Shown piece by piece: positions 40,376 to 48,892 of a DNA stretch of 64,000 nt. Under the pieces are notes generated by a model, which searched no databases, was not told the origin of the DNA, and saw nothing but the letters and a program-made list of their open reading frames with translations. A program made the position numbers and the translations under genes. The stretch comes from Nitrospinaceae bacterium (GTDB lineage Bacteria; Nitrospinota; Nitrospinia; Nitrospinales; Nitrospinaceae): the NCBI GenBank assembly GCA_965237905.1, contig OZ250172.1, positions 1,120,001-1,184,000 of the forward strand. The letters run 5' to 3'. Numbering within the stretch: position 1 is the stretch's first letter; the number at the start of each line of letters is the position of its first letter.

Positions 40376-40874
40376 GCAATCCCTCGATGATATGAAAAAT
40401 CAGTTTGTTCTCCTTCAGGTCAATCGACTTGACCACGGAGTCAATCATCGGAAGCAGGAGTTCTTTGTCGCCATCCTGAACCACATACACGTCATTACTG
40501 CCGGTGACAATGATTTCGTTCACTGTTCCGTAATACCGGCCTTCCTCGTCGAAAACCTGAAGACCCTCAATCTGGAACCAGTAATATTCGCCATCCGGCA
40601 AGGGTTGAAAATCCTCTATGTATATTTCGAGAGACCGCCCCACCAAGACCTGTGCCTGTTCAATGGTTTTGCAATCCTTGAACTTGACGATCCACCGCCC
40701 GCCTTGCCCGCGGACTTTTCCCAGCACCGTCTCTGTAGGCTCCACATCGTCACCCACAATGCGGGCGCGAGGGGCTCCCTGAACCAGACTCGGATCGGTC
40801 ACCGAAGGCCGAAGTTTGACTTCCCCCTTCAACCCATGGGTTTTTGTAATGTCACCAACCGGAACCCAATCCAT
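40356..40874 (-). CDS. rimM: Ribosome maturation factor RimM
   Basis: HGLKGEVK, EYYW..IEGL.V, GSNDVYVV; operon context. Confidence 0.93.
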   Translation of the reverse strand: MDWVPVGDITKTHGLKGEVKLRPSVTDPSLVQGAPRARIVGDDVEPTETVLGKVRGQGGRWIVKFKDCKTIEQAQVLVGRSLEIYIEDFQPLPDGEYYWFQIEGLQVFDEEGRYYGTVNEIIVTGSNDVYVVQDGDKELLLPMIDSVVKSIDLKENKLIFHIIEGLLEDHPV

Positions 40875-40877
40875 GAA

Positions 40878-41108
40878 TTATTCAATAATTTCCAAGACCG
40901 CTCTCTTCTTCAACTTGGTCGCGTTGGCATTCAAAATGGTGCGCATGGCCCGGGCGGTTTTTCCCTGTTTGCCGATCACCTTCCCCAAATCTTCCTTGGC
41001 CACTCTCAACTCCAGAACGGTGGTTTTTTCACCTTCGATTTCTAGAATTTCCACCTGATCCGGAAAATCCACCAATGCTTTCGCGATGACACTGATAAGA
41101 TCTTTCAT
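40878..41108 (-). CDS. khpA: KH domain RNA-binding protein
   Basis: [13 protein letters not shown]; lies between rpsP and rimM. Confidence 0.92.
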   Translation of the reverse strand: MKDLISVIAKALVDFPDQVEILEIEGEKTTVLELRVAKEDLGKVIGKQGKTARAMRTILNANATKLKKRAVLEIIE

Positions 41109-41214
41109 GCCCGATACCTCCCAGGTCAGCTGTAAAACCGATCTTATCTGTCAGCGGATCAACCGTTTTCACAGCATTCAGTGCGAAACACGAAGATCAA
41201 AAGGATGCCGTCCT

Positions 41215-41460
41215 CTATGCGGTAACTCCGGCTTTTTTCAAAAGCGATGACACGGTCTTGGAGGGTAAAGCTCCTTTTTTAATCCAACTCTGCGTTTTTT
41301 CTGCGTCAATTTTAAATTGATCCTCAGCTTTCAACGGGTCGAAGGTGCCCAACACTTCCAGAAACTTGCCGTCTCTCGGAGAACGTGAATCAGTTGCAAC
41401 CACCCTATAGAAGGGCCTCTTTTTTGCTCCTCGTCTGCTCAATCGAATAACTACTGCCAA
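41215..41460 (-). CDS. rpsP: 30S ribosomal protein S16
   Basis: [27 protein letters not shown] start with GGAGG RBS. Confidence 0.97.
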   Translation of the reverse strand: MAVVIRLSRRGAKKRPFYRVVATDSRSPRDGKFLEVLGTFDPLKAEDQFKIDAEKTQSWIKKGALPSKTVSSLLKKAGVTA

Positions 41461-41518
41461 TGTTTCCTCCTGCGTGAATGGAATAAAATTCCGTCTACAA
41501 AAATAATTCTAATCGTAT

Positions 41519-42868
41519 TTAAAAAGGGCTCATGCCGCCCCGGCCTCCCATCAAACTCCCCAGATTAAAACCTCGGGAACCTCCGGAAGACATCTTTTTC
41601 ATCATTTTTTTCATTTGCGAAAACTGCTTCATCAGTTTATTGATTTCGCTGACCGTGGTACCGCTCCCATTGGCGATGCGTTTTTTGCGGCTACCGTTGA
41701 TGACGTTATGATGAGTTCGCTCGTGCGGCGTCATCGAATTGATGATGGCTTCGATACGGACAAATGCGCCGTCGTCCACCTTGATGCCCTTCATCATCTT
41801 ACCCGCGCCGGGCACCATGCTCAACAGGTCCTGGATCGACCCCATCTTGCGAATCTGCTGAAGCTGATCGCGAAAATCTTCCAAATCAAACGCGTTCTTC
41901 TTTAATTTCTTTTCGAGCTCTTCCTGCTGTTCAACCTCGTAAGCGCCCTGGGCCTTGTCGACCAGGGTCATCACGTCGCCCATTCCGAGAATCCGCGACA
42001 CAATGCGGTCGGGATGAAATGGCTCCAACGCATCCAGCTTCTCGCCGGTCCCGATGTACTTGATGGGCTGGCCGGTAACGGACTTGATCGACAATGCCGC
42101 GCCACCGCGCGCATCGCCGTCCATCTTCGTCAACACCACACCGTCGATGCCCACCGCGTCGTGAAACGCCTTCGACACGTTCACCGCTTCCTGACCCATC
42201 ATGGAATCGGCAACAAACAGCACTTCGTGCGGCTCGATCTTTTTCTTGATGGCCTTGATCTCGTCCATCAGCGCATCGTCGATGTGCTGACGACCCGCGG
42301 TATCGAGAATCACCGCCGTGCGCATTTCATCGCGGGCCTGCTTCACCGCTTTGACGCAGATGCTGACCGGATCTTTATTATCTCCGGCCTGGTAGACGTC
42401 AATCTCCAGATCGCGTCCCAATACGTTCAATTGTTCGATCGCCGCCGGACGGTACACGTCGGCTGGCACCAAAAGACAGTTCTTGCCATCCTTCTTGAAT
42501 TTTTTGGCCAGCTTGCCGACAGTCGTGGTCTTACCGGACCCCTGCAGACCGACCATCAAAATGATGGTGGGCGGCTGATCGGAAAACTGAATTTCGCTGA
42601 CCTCGCCTCCCAGCAATTGCTCCAGCTCGTCGTTGACGATCTTGACCATCTGGTGGCCGGGCGTCAGGCTCTTTAATACTTCATGGCCGATGGACTTCTC
42701 CCGCACCCCGGCGAGAAAATCCTTGATGACGGGCAAACTGACGTCCGCTTCGATCAAAGCCACGCGGATTTCCCGCAGAGCTTCATCGACATCCGCTTCC
42801 TTGAGCTTGCCGCGACCCTTTAATTTTTTGTAGATCGCCTCAAGGCGATTGGATAAATTGTCGAACAT
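41519..42868 (-). CDS. ffh: Signal recognition particle protein
   Basis: GLQGSGKTT, DTAGR, TKMDGDARGG, Met-rich M domain. Confidence 0.98.
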   Translation of the reverse strand: MFDNLSNRLEAIYKKLKGRGKLKEADVDEALREIRVALIEADVSLPVIKDFLAGVREKSIGHEVLKSLTPGHQMVKIVNDELEQLLGGEVSEIQFSDQPPTIILMVGLQGSGKTTTVGKLAKKFKKDGKNCLLVPADVYRPAAIEQLNVLGRDLEIDVYQAGDNKDPVSICVKAVKQARDEMRTAVILDTAGRQHIDDALMDEIKAIKKKIEPHEVLFVADSMMGQEAVNVSKAFHDAVGIDGVVLTKMDGDARGGAALSIKSVTGQPIKYIGTGEKLDALEPFHPDRIVSRILGMGDVMTLVDKAQGAYEVEQQEELEKKLKKNAFDLEDFRDQLQQIRKMGSIQDLLSMVPGAGKMMKGIKVDDGAFVRIEAIINSMTPHERTHHNVINGSRKKRIANGSGTTVSEINKLMKQFSQMKKMMKKMSSGGSRGFNLGSLMGGRGGMSPF

Positions 42869-42961
42869 ATGTCAGGAAAACCCTGATTTTGCAAATTTTA
42901 GGGTATTGTAAGCAGGGTAGTATATAATAGCAATCTCTAACTTCCAAGGGATATTAACTGT

Positions 42962-43654
42962 ATGAAAAAAAAGGCTGTTGTGCTTCTGAGCGGGGGGTTG
43001 GACTCGACCACCGTGCTGGCAATCGCCCTGGATCAGGGGTATGAGCCGATAACTCTCTGTTTTGATTATGGCCAGAGGCACCGAATAGAGAGGGAGAAGT
43101 CCCGCGTCCTCTCCCAAAAAATGGGGGCTCTGGATCACAAAGAGGTCACAATCGACCTGCGCCAATTTGGCGGATCGGCCCTGACGGATGATATTGACGT
43201 GCCCAAGGGGCGCAGCGAAGGGGAAATAGCCGGGGGAATTCCCATCACCTACGTCCCGGCGCGGAACACCATTTTCCTGTCATTCTGCCTGGCGGCAGCG
43301 GAAGTCGCCGGAGCGGAGGATATTTTCATCGGCGTCACCATCATCGACTACCCCGGCTACCCCGACTGCCGCCCGGAATATATTCAGGCCTTCGAGCAGA
43401 TGGCGAATCTGGCGACCAAAGCCGGAGTGGAAGGCACCTCGAAATTCAAAATCCATACACCCTTGATACACCTCACCAAAGGCCAGATCATCAAGAAGGG
43501 CCTGGAGCTGGGAGTGGATTATTCCCTCACCCATTCCTGTTATCATCCCGATGCCAAGGGCACCCCCTGCGGCCAATGCGACAGTTGTTTATTACGAAAG
43601 AAAGGTTTCCAGGAAGCGGGAGTGGAAGATCCGGTGGAAAATCCTACGGGATAA
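42962..43654 (+). CDS. queC: 7-cyano-7-deazaguanine synthase
   Basis: LSGGLDS, YGQRH, TYVPARN, YPDCRP, SCY...CGQCDSC. Confidence 0.93.
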   Translation: MKKKAVVLLSGGLDSTTVLAIALDQGYEPITLCFDYGQRHRIEREKSRVLSQKMGALDHKEVTIDLRQFGGSALTDDIDVPKGRSEGEIAGGIPITYVPARNTIFLSFCLAAAEVAGAEDIFIGVTIIDYPGYPDCRPEYIQAFEQMANLATKAGVEGTSKFKIHTPLIHLTKGQIIKKGLELGVDYSLTHSCYHPDAKGTPCGQCDSCLLRKKGFQEAGVEDPVENPTG

Positions 43655-43729
43655 GTTCTTTGAGTGACTCAAAAATAGTTCACCAACGTATTCGTCCCTA
43701 TCTCTTTGCGGAAAAAAATTTTCCTGTTT

Positions 43730-44041
43730 TCAGGCACCCTGCGCGCGCCATTTCCATAGGGGTGTAAGAGTTTCCCGCACTTCCTTTAATATTTTTTTCC
43801 CTGAACCGGTCAATTTGTAATAGCGCCTGCGGTTGCCGCCGCGTTCGGCGGTGGTTTCGCCCCAGTGACTTTTCAGATAACCCTTTTTCTCCAGACGGTG
43901 CAACGTGGTATACAAGCCTCCAAGCGATATCGATTTCCCGGTATCCTTCTTGATGGAAGCGATTATTTTGAGACCGTATTTTTCACCAAAAGCAAGCGCA
44001 GTCATAATTCTAGTCTCATTAAGGCTTAAGTTTCCTTCCAT
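43730..44041 (-). CDS. PadR-family transcriptional regulator
   Basis: YG..I, SLGGLYTTLHRLEKKG, RRRYYKLT..G; ATG 44041 with purine-rich RBS. Confidence 0.85.
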   Translation of the reverse strand: MEGNLSLNETRIMTALAFGEKYGLKIIASIKKDTGKSISLGGLYTTLHRLEKKGYLKSHWGETTAERGGNRRRYYKLTGSGKKILKEVRETLTPLWKWRAQGA

Positions 44042-44070
44042 CCCTATTCTCCCAATAAGTGTTTCAATTC

Positions 44071-44110
44071 TCAATTTGTAAGATATATCAATTTGTAAGT
44101 TTTATCAAAT
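44071..44110. promoter_or_regulatory. 17-bp-period direct repeat upstream of padR
   Basis: TCAATTTGTAAG at 44071 and 44088, partial TCAAAT at 44105. Confidence 0.5.
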
Positions 44111-44125
44111 CCTATTTTTATATTC

Positions 44126-44246
44126 CCCTTCGACAAGCTCAAGGTGACATTGGCAGAATGTCGCGGGTAAGCCCTTCTTCTTTTCAAGGAGGGCCTAAGG
44201 GTGATTGATATCAACCCCTCCCAGCCTCCCCTTATAAAGGGGAGGC
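44126..44246. repeat. Cluster of palindromic REP-like elements
   Basis: CCCTTCGACAAGCTCAAGGTGAC (44126-44148); perfect stem GCCTCCCCTT-ata-AAGGGGAGGC (44224-44246) with a degenerate inverted partner at ~44171-44206. Confidence 0.55.
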
Positions 44247-44284
44247 GCCCGGGCACAAGGCCCGGAACAGAATTGGGTCCAGCG

Positions 44285-45007
44285 TCACGCTGGCTGGCTG
44301 GAACGCCCTTTGCTGGAGCCGCCGTCGACGAACAGGATTGCGCCGTTGACGAAGGGGCTGGCGATTAAATAATCGAGGGCGCGGGTGAGGTCGGCCACAT
44401 CCCCATGGGTTTTCATCGGCACGTTCTTTTTGTTGCGGTCGAGGTATTCCTGTCCATGCCCGGCAGGCGGCAGGATCAATCCCGGTGCGATGGCGTTGAC
44501 GCGCACCGTCTCGCCCCACTCCACTGCCGCCAGTTTGGTGACATGTTCCAGCGCCACCTTGCTCACCGAGTAGGCGGCGAAGGTCGGGATGTTTTTGGTG
44601 ATGCGTTCGTCGAGGATGTTGACGATCATCCCCTGCCCCACTTGTTTCTTGTATTCGCGCATGAGGAGATAGGGCGACATCAGGTTCAGCGCCATCGTGT
44701 CAACGAGGGTTTGGGTCGAGGTGCGCTCGACGTTTTCCTGGATGAAGTTGGCGGCGCAGTTGATGAGCAGTATGACGTCACTGAAATCGGCCCGCACCTG
44801 TCCGATCAGTCCCTCGGCAAAATCCGTATTCGAGAGGTCGCCGGGATAGGTCTTGCACGTCACCCCCGCTTTTTGGGCGTGGGCGAGGACATCCGCCGGG
44901 TCCGACGCGTTATGATGCACGGCGAGGTGCCATCCCTGATCCGCCAGATGGCAGGCCAGGGCTTTGCCGATACGCACCGCACCGCCTGTGATAATCGCTG
45001 TGGGCAT
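44285..45007 (-). CDS. SDR family oxidoreductase, pteridine reductase/FolM-like
   Basis: TGGAVRIG (GxxxRIG is typical of pteridine reductases), YSVSK, RVNAIAPG, VDGG. Confidence 0.8.
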   Translation of the reverse strand: MPTAIITGGAVRIGKALACHLADQGWHLAVHHNASDPADVLAHAQKAGVTCKTYPGDLSNTDFAEGLIGQVRADFSDVILLINCAANFIQENVERTSTQTLVDTMALNLMSPYLLMREYKKQVGQGMIVNILDERITKNIPTFAAYSVSKVALEHVTKLAAVEWGETVRVNAIAPGLILPPAGHGQEYLDRNKKNVPMKTHGDVADLTRALDYLIASPFVNGAILFVDGGSSKGRSSQPA

Positions 45008-45081
45008 GAATTTCTCCGTTCTCTAGTGAGACTTCGGTTATATCATATTCACAAACGACCACAACAGGGACAAAATATTTA

Positions 45082-45190
45082 GTCAGGATAACAGGATAAA
45101 GCGGCGAACCACCGCTGGTAATTTTTTGTCCCTGTTCCGTGCTCCCTGCTCCTTATTCCGTTCTTCATCGGTGTTTATCTGTGGTTCATT
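45082..45190. repeat. Short tandem/low-complexity intergenic repeats
   Basis: CAGGATAA x2 (45084-45099); heptamer run CTGTTCC GTGCTCC CTGCTCC TTATTCC; ATCGGTGTTTATCTGTGGTT. Confidence 0.5.
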
Positions 45191-45253
45191 ATTCTTTACT
45201 GAGCCCGGCGGGGTTGATATGATGCGAACGAACCTTTTCATGGAGTGAATTGA

Positions 45254-45772
45254 ATGGACGCAAAGGCAGGCAAAAGCGTTAATATCGCCATCATGACAGT
45301 GTCGGACACGCGCACGGAAGAAGACGACAAATCCGGGAAAACGCTGGTGGACCGTGCCAAGGCGGCGGGTCACAATGTGGTCGATAAAAAAATTGTGAAG
45401 GACGAGGTTCCCATCATTCAATCGACCCTCAAAAAATGGATCGCCGATTCCAAGGTCGACGTCGTTATCGCCACCGGCGGCACCGGGGTCACCGGACGGG
45501 ACGTCACGCCGGAGGCCTTCGAAGGGTTGTATGAAAAATCGATTCCGGGGTTTGGCGAATTGTTCCGGTGGCTGAGTTATCAGAACATCAAGACATCGAC
45601 GATCCAGTCGCGCGCCACCGGCGGTGTGGCCAACGGCACCTTTCTGTTCGCCCTGCCCGGCTCCACCGGCGCGTGCAAGGACGCGTGGGACGGCATTCTC
45701 GTACATCAGCTCAACAACAACAACCCGCCCTGTAACCTGGTGGAGCTGATGCCGCGTCTGCTGGAAAAATAA
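45254..45772 (+). CDS. moaB: Molybdenum cofactor biosynthesis protein B (MoaB/MogA)
   Basis: [38 protein letters not shown]. Confidence 0.9.
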   Translation: MDAKAGKSVNIAIMTVSDTRTEEDDKSGKTLVDRAKAAGHNVVDKKIVKDEVPIIQSTLKKWIADSKVDVVIATGGTGVTGRDVTPEAFEGLYEKSIPGFGELFRWLSYQNIKTSTIQSRATGGVANGTFLFALPGSTGACKDAWDGILVHQLNNNNPPCNLVELMPRLLEK

Positions 45773-45921
45773 TCGGCCGCTCCGCGCGGGGCGACTCCTA
45801 CCCGGAGGGGGAAATTACTGACGGTAACCAGCAAGCGATGGTCACTGAGCGCAACTCGAAGTCTCCCTCTTAATCAAGGAGAGCTTTACATAACTCAATC
45901 CGGCCCGCGGGCTCTTAAACC

Positions 45922-46851
45922 ATGCAACAATTTGAATACGACATCGATCCCGCCTGCGGTAAGAAACGCCTGGACATTTTCCTGACCGAGGTACAGGCCG
46001 ATATCACCCGGTCCTACATCAAAAAACTGATCGAGACGGAACGTGTCACCGTCAACGGCGCACCCGCGAAAGCCCATTACAAGTTGAAGGAGGGCGACCG
46101 TGTGGAAGTCGAGGTGCCCGACCCGGAACCGTTGGAGGTCAAGCCGGAGCCGATCCCATTAAATATTGTGTATGAGGATGCCAGCCTGATCGTCATCGAC
46201 AAACCGCCCGGCATGGTGGTGCATCCGGCTCCCGGCCATTCCGGCGGCACACTGGTCAATGCGTTACTGCATCACTGCAATGATTTGGCAGGCATCGGCG
46301 GGGTGGAACGGCCGGGTATTGTCCACCGGCTCGACAAGGACACCTCCGGTTTGATCGTTGCCGCCAAAACCGAGACCTGCATGCAATCGCTAACCCGCCG
46401 GTTCAAGGAGCGGGATATCCACAAAGTGTACCTGGCGCTGGCCAAGGGGACCTTCGAATCGAAAACGGGGGTGATCGACATGCCCATCGGACGCCACAAA
46501 ACGCATCGCAAGAAAATGTCCACTCGCGCCCCGGTAGGGAGGGAAGCGCAGACGCGCTATGAAGTGATCCGGCAATTGGACGGCTACGCCTATGTGCAGT
46601 TGTTCCCGAAAACAGGACGGACCCATCAACTCCGGGTGCACTTGGCGTCCATTGACCATCCCATTCTGGGAGATCGCCTGTATGGGGGAACACTGGGGCC
46701 GGGGCTTCCTCAAATTGCGAGGCAGGCTTTGCACGCCCATCGGTTGGAGCTGACTCACCCGGTCACGGGGAACCTTTTACAACTGGAAAGCCCATTGCCA
46801 TCTGATATGGAGGTCCTGCTCCCGCCCTCACCCGATCCAAAAAATCATTGA
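45922..46851 (+). CDS. rluD: RluA/RluD family pseudouridine synthase with S4 domain
   Basis: RLD S4, KP.GMVVHP, GIVHRLDKDTSG, TGRTHQLRVH, ALHA. Confidence 0.88.
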   Translation: MQQFEYDIDPACGKKRLDIFLTEVQADITRSYIKKLIETERVTVNGAPAKAHYKLKEGDRVEVEVPDPEPLEVKPEPIPLNIVYEDASLIVIDKPPGMVVHPAPGHSGGTLVNALLHHCNDLAGIGGVERPGIVHRLDKDTSGLIVAAKTETCMQSLTRRFKERDIHKVYLALAKGTFESKTGVIDMPIGRHKTHRKKMSTRAPVGREAQTRYEVIRQLDGYAYVQLFPKTGRTHQLRVHLASIDHPILGDRLYGGTLGPGLPQIARQALHAHRLELTHPVTGNLLQLESPLPSDMEVLLPPSPDPKNH

Positions 46852-47667
46852 AAATCGCCAAATTAAAATGAGTAAGGCATAAGGAGAGTAGAATTGGCGC
46901 GGGGAAAATACCCAGCGTTCTCCCCAACTCCTGTGGAAAAAATGTGAGAAAAATCATACTTGAGAGAGCCCAGCGATATACCATTTTTAGACTGAATTAG
47001 AGGCGCAGCAGAAGACTCTTAATAAATTATAATGAAAACAACTATTTATAAATGTCTCTCTTCTCTTGAAACAAAAATTTCCGAACCCTTCCATTTTTCA
47101 AAGTTTTCCACAGTTGCACTGGCGTTTTTTTTGATCGCAATATCTTTGCGGAAAAAAAGGTTAAAATTGATAACAAAATTTTGACGATTAATTTTCATCA
47201 CTTTTTTAGTCGTCTTATTGAGTCCAAGATAACTTTGAAAATGTAACTTCTGCATGCTCACTGTTTAAGGGCCAAACCAGGGATCAAAATTTTGACATGT
47301 GGGGAACCCTTACTGGGAAAAGGTACGCCACTCAAGCAAAAATCACAATGCCTGAACCGCTCTAAAGTAGGGAAGGTCTGGGACTTAGCATTGATTTCAC
47401 ACTTGGGTTTCAGGCAATCAGATTGAAAACCTCGCGGCAAGGCCTGGTGAGTGACGACCTTAAGAAACCTTTGAAAATTAATTCATTACTTTTCACAAGT
47501 TTTGTGCAAAAACTGTGAGTAACTTCGAAAGAAGCTCTTCAAATGCTTACAAAATAAAGTCACCGCGTTTAACGATTAGATTTTATGCAAATCTATAAAG
47601 CCTTGTTAAATTGGAACAACCGTATTGAAGAGTTCATCGGGAACCTGTGGTACCATAACTAGCTGAT
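46852..47667. other. Candidate chromosomal replication origin (oriC)
   Basis: ~815-bp AT-rich gap; TTWTNCACA matches at 46932-46940(-), 47104-47112(+), 47503-47511(-); one-mismatch boxes at 46943, 47489, 47514. Confidence 0.55.
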
Positions 47668-48768
47668 ATGTTGGATCGAAGACTATTTACGCATTTCAAT
47701 TGGTGGTATTTCCTGTTGATCCTATCTCTGGCGGTGATCGGTGTCGTCACTATCTATAGCGCCAATCACGCCCGACCGGAGGAATTTTACCGGAACCTCT
47801 ACATCAAGCAGATTTATTGGATCCTGGGCGGGTTGGGGGCGATGCTCTTCGCCATTTTTTTGGATTACCGGGTTCTCAGCCGCTATGCTTATCCCATTTT
47901 TCTCATCACTGTCTTGTCCTTGATTTACGTCCTGATTTTCGGAACCGTCAGTTCCGGTGCCCGTCGGTGGATTCATTTGGGTCCCTGGTCCCTGCAAGTC
48001 TCCGAATTTGCCAAGGTCGCCCTCATTCTAGTATTGGCCAAGTATTTTGAACCCGGTAAGGCGGGCGGGCAGTATGACCTGCGAGACCTCATCATCCCTG
48101 CCCTGCTGACCGGTCTTCTCGGCGGGTTGATTTACATGCAACCGGACCTGGGTACCGCGTTGATCGTTATATTTATTTTTTTTATTTTTGTGGTCTCTAT
48201 CGAACTGAATCCAAAAACTCTTTGGAGATTGATCGGGACCGGAGTCATTCTAGCCCCCTTCGGTTGGTTTTTGCTCAAAGGCTATCAGAAAACCCGGATA
48301 CTGACCGTTTTCAATCCCGAACTGGATCCCCTGAGAACCGGGTACCATACCATTCAATCCAAAATTGCCGTTGGCTCCGGCGGGTTCTGGGGAAAAGGCC
48401 TGATGGCGGGAACCCAAAGCCGGCTTAATTTTCTGCCCGAAAAGCATACTGATTTTATTTTTTCGGTGTTTGCGGAGGAACTGGGATTTATCGGTGTGTT
48501 CGTTCTATTTACCTTGTATCTGATTCTGATTCTAAAGGGATTAAATATCTCTTTCCGGGCGGCGGACCGGTTCGGCCTGTTGGTATCTTTGGGCATCGTA
48601 GCCTCCATGAGCTTTTACATTATTTTCAATATTGGAATGACCGTTGGAATCTTTCCAGTGACGGGGCTTCCCCTGCCCCTCCTCAGTTATGGAGGATCGT
48701 CTCTGATCACCAATTTTTTCGCCTTGGGATTGCTTATGAATATTGAGATGCGGCGCGCCATTCACTAA
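47668..48768 (+). CDS. rodA: Rod shape-determining protein RodA (SEDS)
   Basis: GARRW, Q.SEFAK, QPDLGT, YQK.RI, QS.IAVGSGG, LPEKHTDFIF, G.PLP..SYGGSS. Confidence 0.93.
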   Translation: MLDRRLFTHFNWWYFLLILSLAVIGVVTIYSANHARPEEFYRNLYIKQIYWILGGLGAMLFAIFLDYRVLSRYAYPIFLITVLSLIYVLIFGTVSSGARRWIHLGPWSLQVSEFAKVALILVLAKYFEPGKAGGQYDLRDLIIPALLTGLLGGLIYMQPDLGTALIVIFIFFIFVVSIELNPKTLWRLIGTGVILAPFGWFLLKGYQKTRILTVFNPELDPLRTGYHTIQSKIAVGSGGFWGKGLMAGTQSRLNFLPEKHTDFIFSVFAEELGFIGVFVLFTLYLILILKGLNISFRAADRFGLLVSLGIVASMSFYIIFNIGMTVGIFPVTGLPLPLLSYGGSSLITNFFALGLLMNIEMRRAIH

Positions 48769-48832
48769 CCCATAAAAGGTAGCCCCTATTTCAGGCTTGT
48801 TTTCTATTTTTGATCCGGAAAATCCCCAGCCG

Positions 48833-48841
48833 TGCTATAAT
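48833..48841 (+). promoter_or_regulatory. Extended -10 promoter element for rng
   Basis: TGCTATAAT (TGnTATAAT) about 50 nt upstream of the ATG. Confidence 0.5.
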
Positions 48842-48892
48842 CGGCCCATCCATATAAGCAAAACAATTTAATTTTCAGCATCTTAAGAACCT

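Noticed and set aside
42962..43654. queC/queE as part of a 7-deazaguanine DNA-modification or QatABCD-type defence system
   Set aside because: Both look like ordinary full-length queuosine enzymes, 12 kb apart, with no dpd, ATPase or TatD neighbours.
43703..43718. 16-mer TCTTTGCGGAAAAAAA repeated at 47143-47158
   Set aside because: Nearly half is a poly-A run, so a chance match in 64 kb is plausible; flanks do not align.
47046..47440. Two small minus-strand ORFs in the large gap
   Set aside because: Short, no RBS or motifs, and they lie among DnaA-box-like sites.
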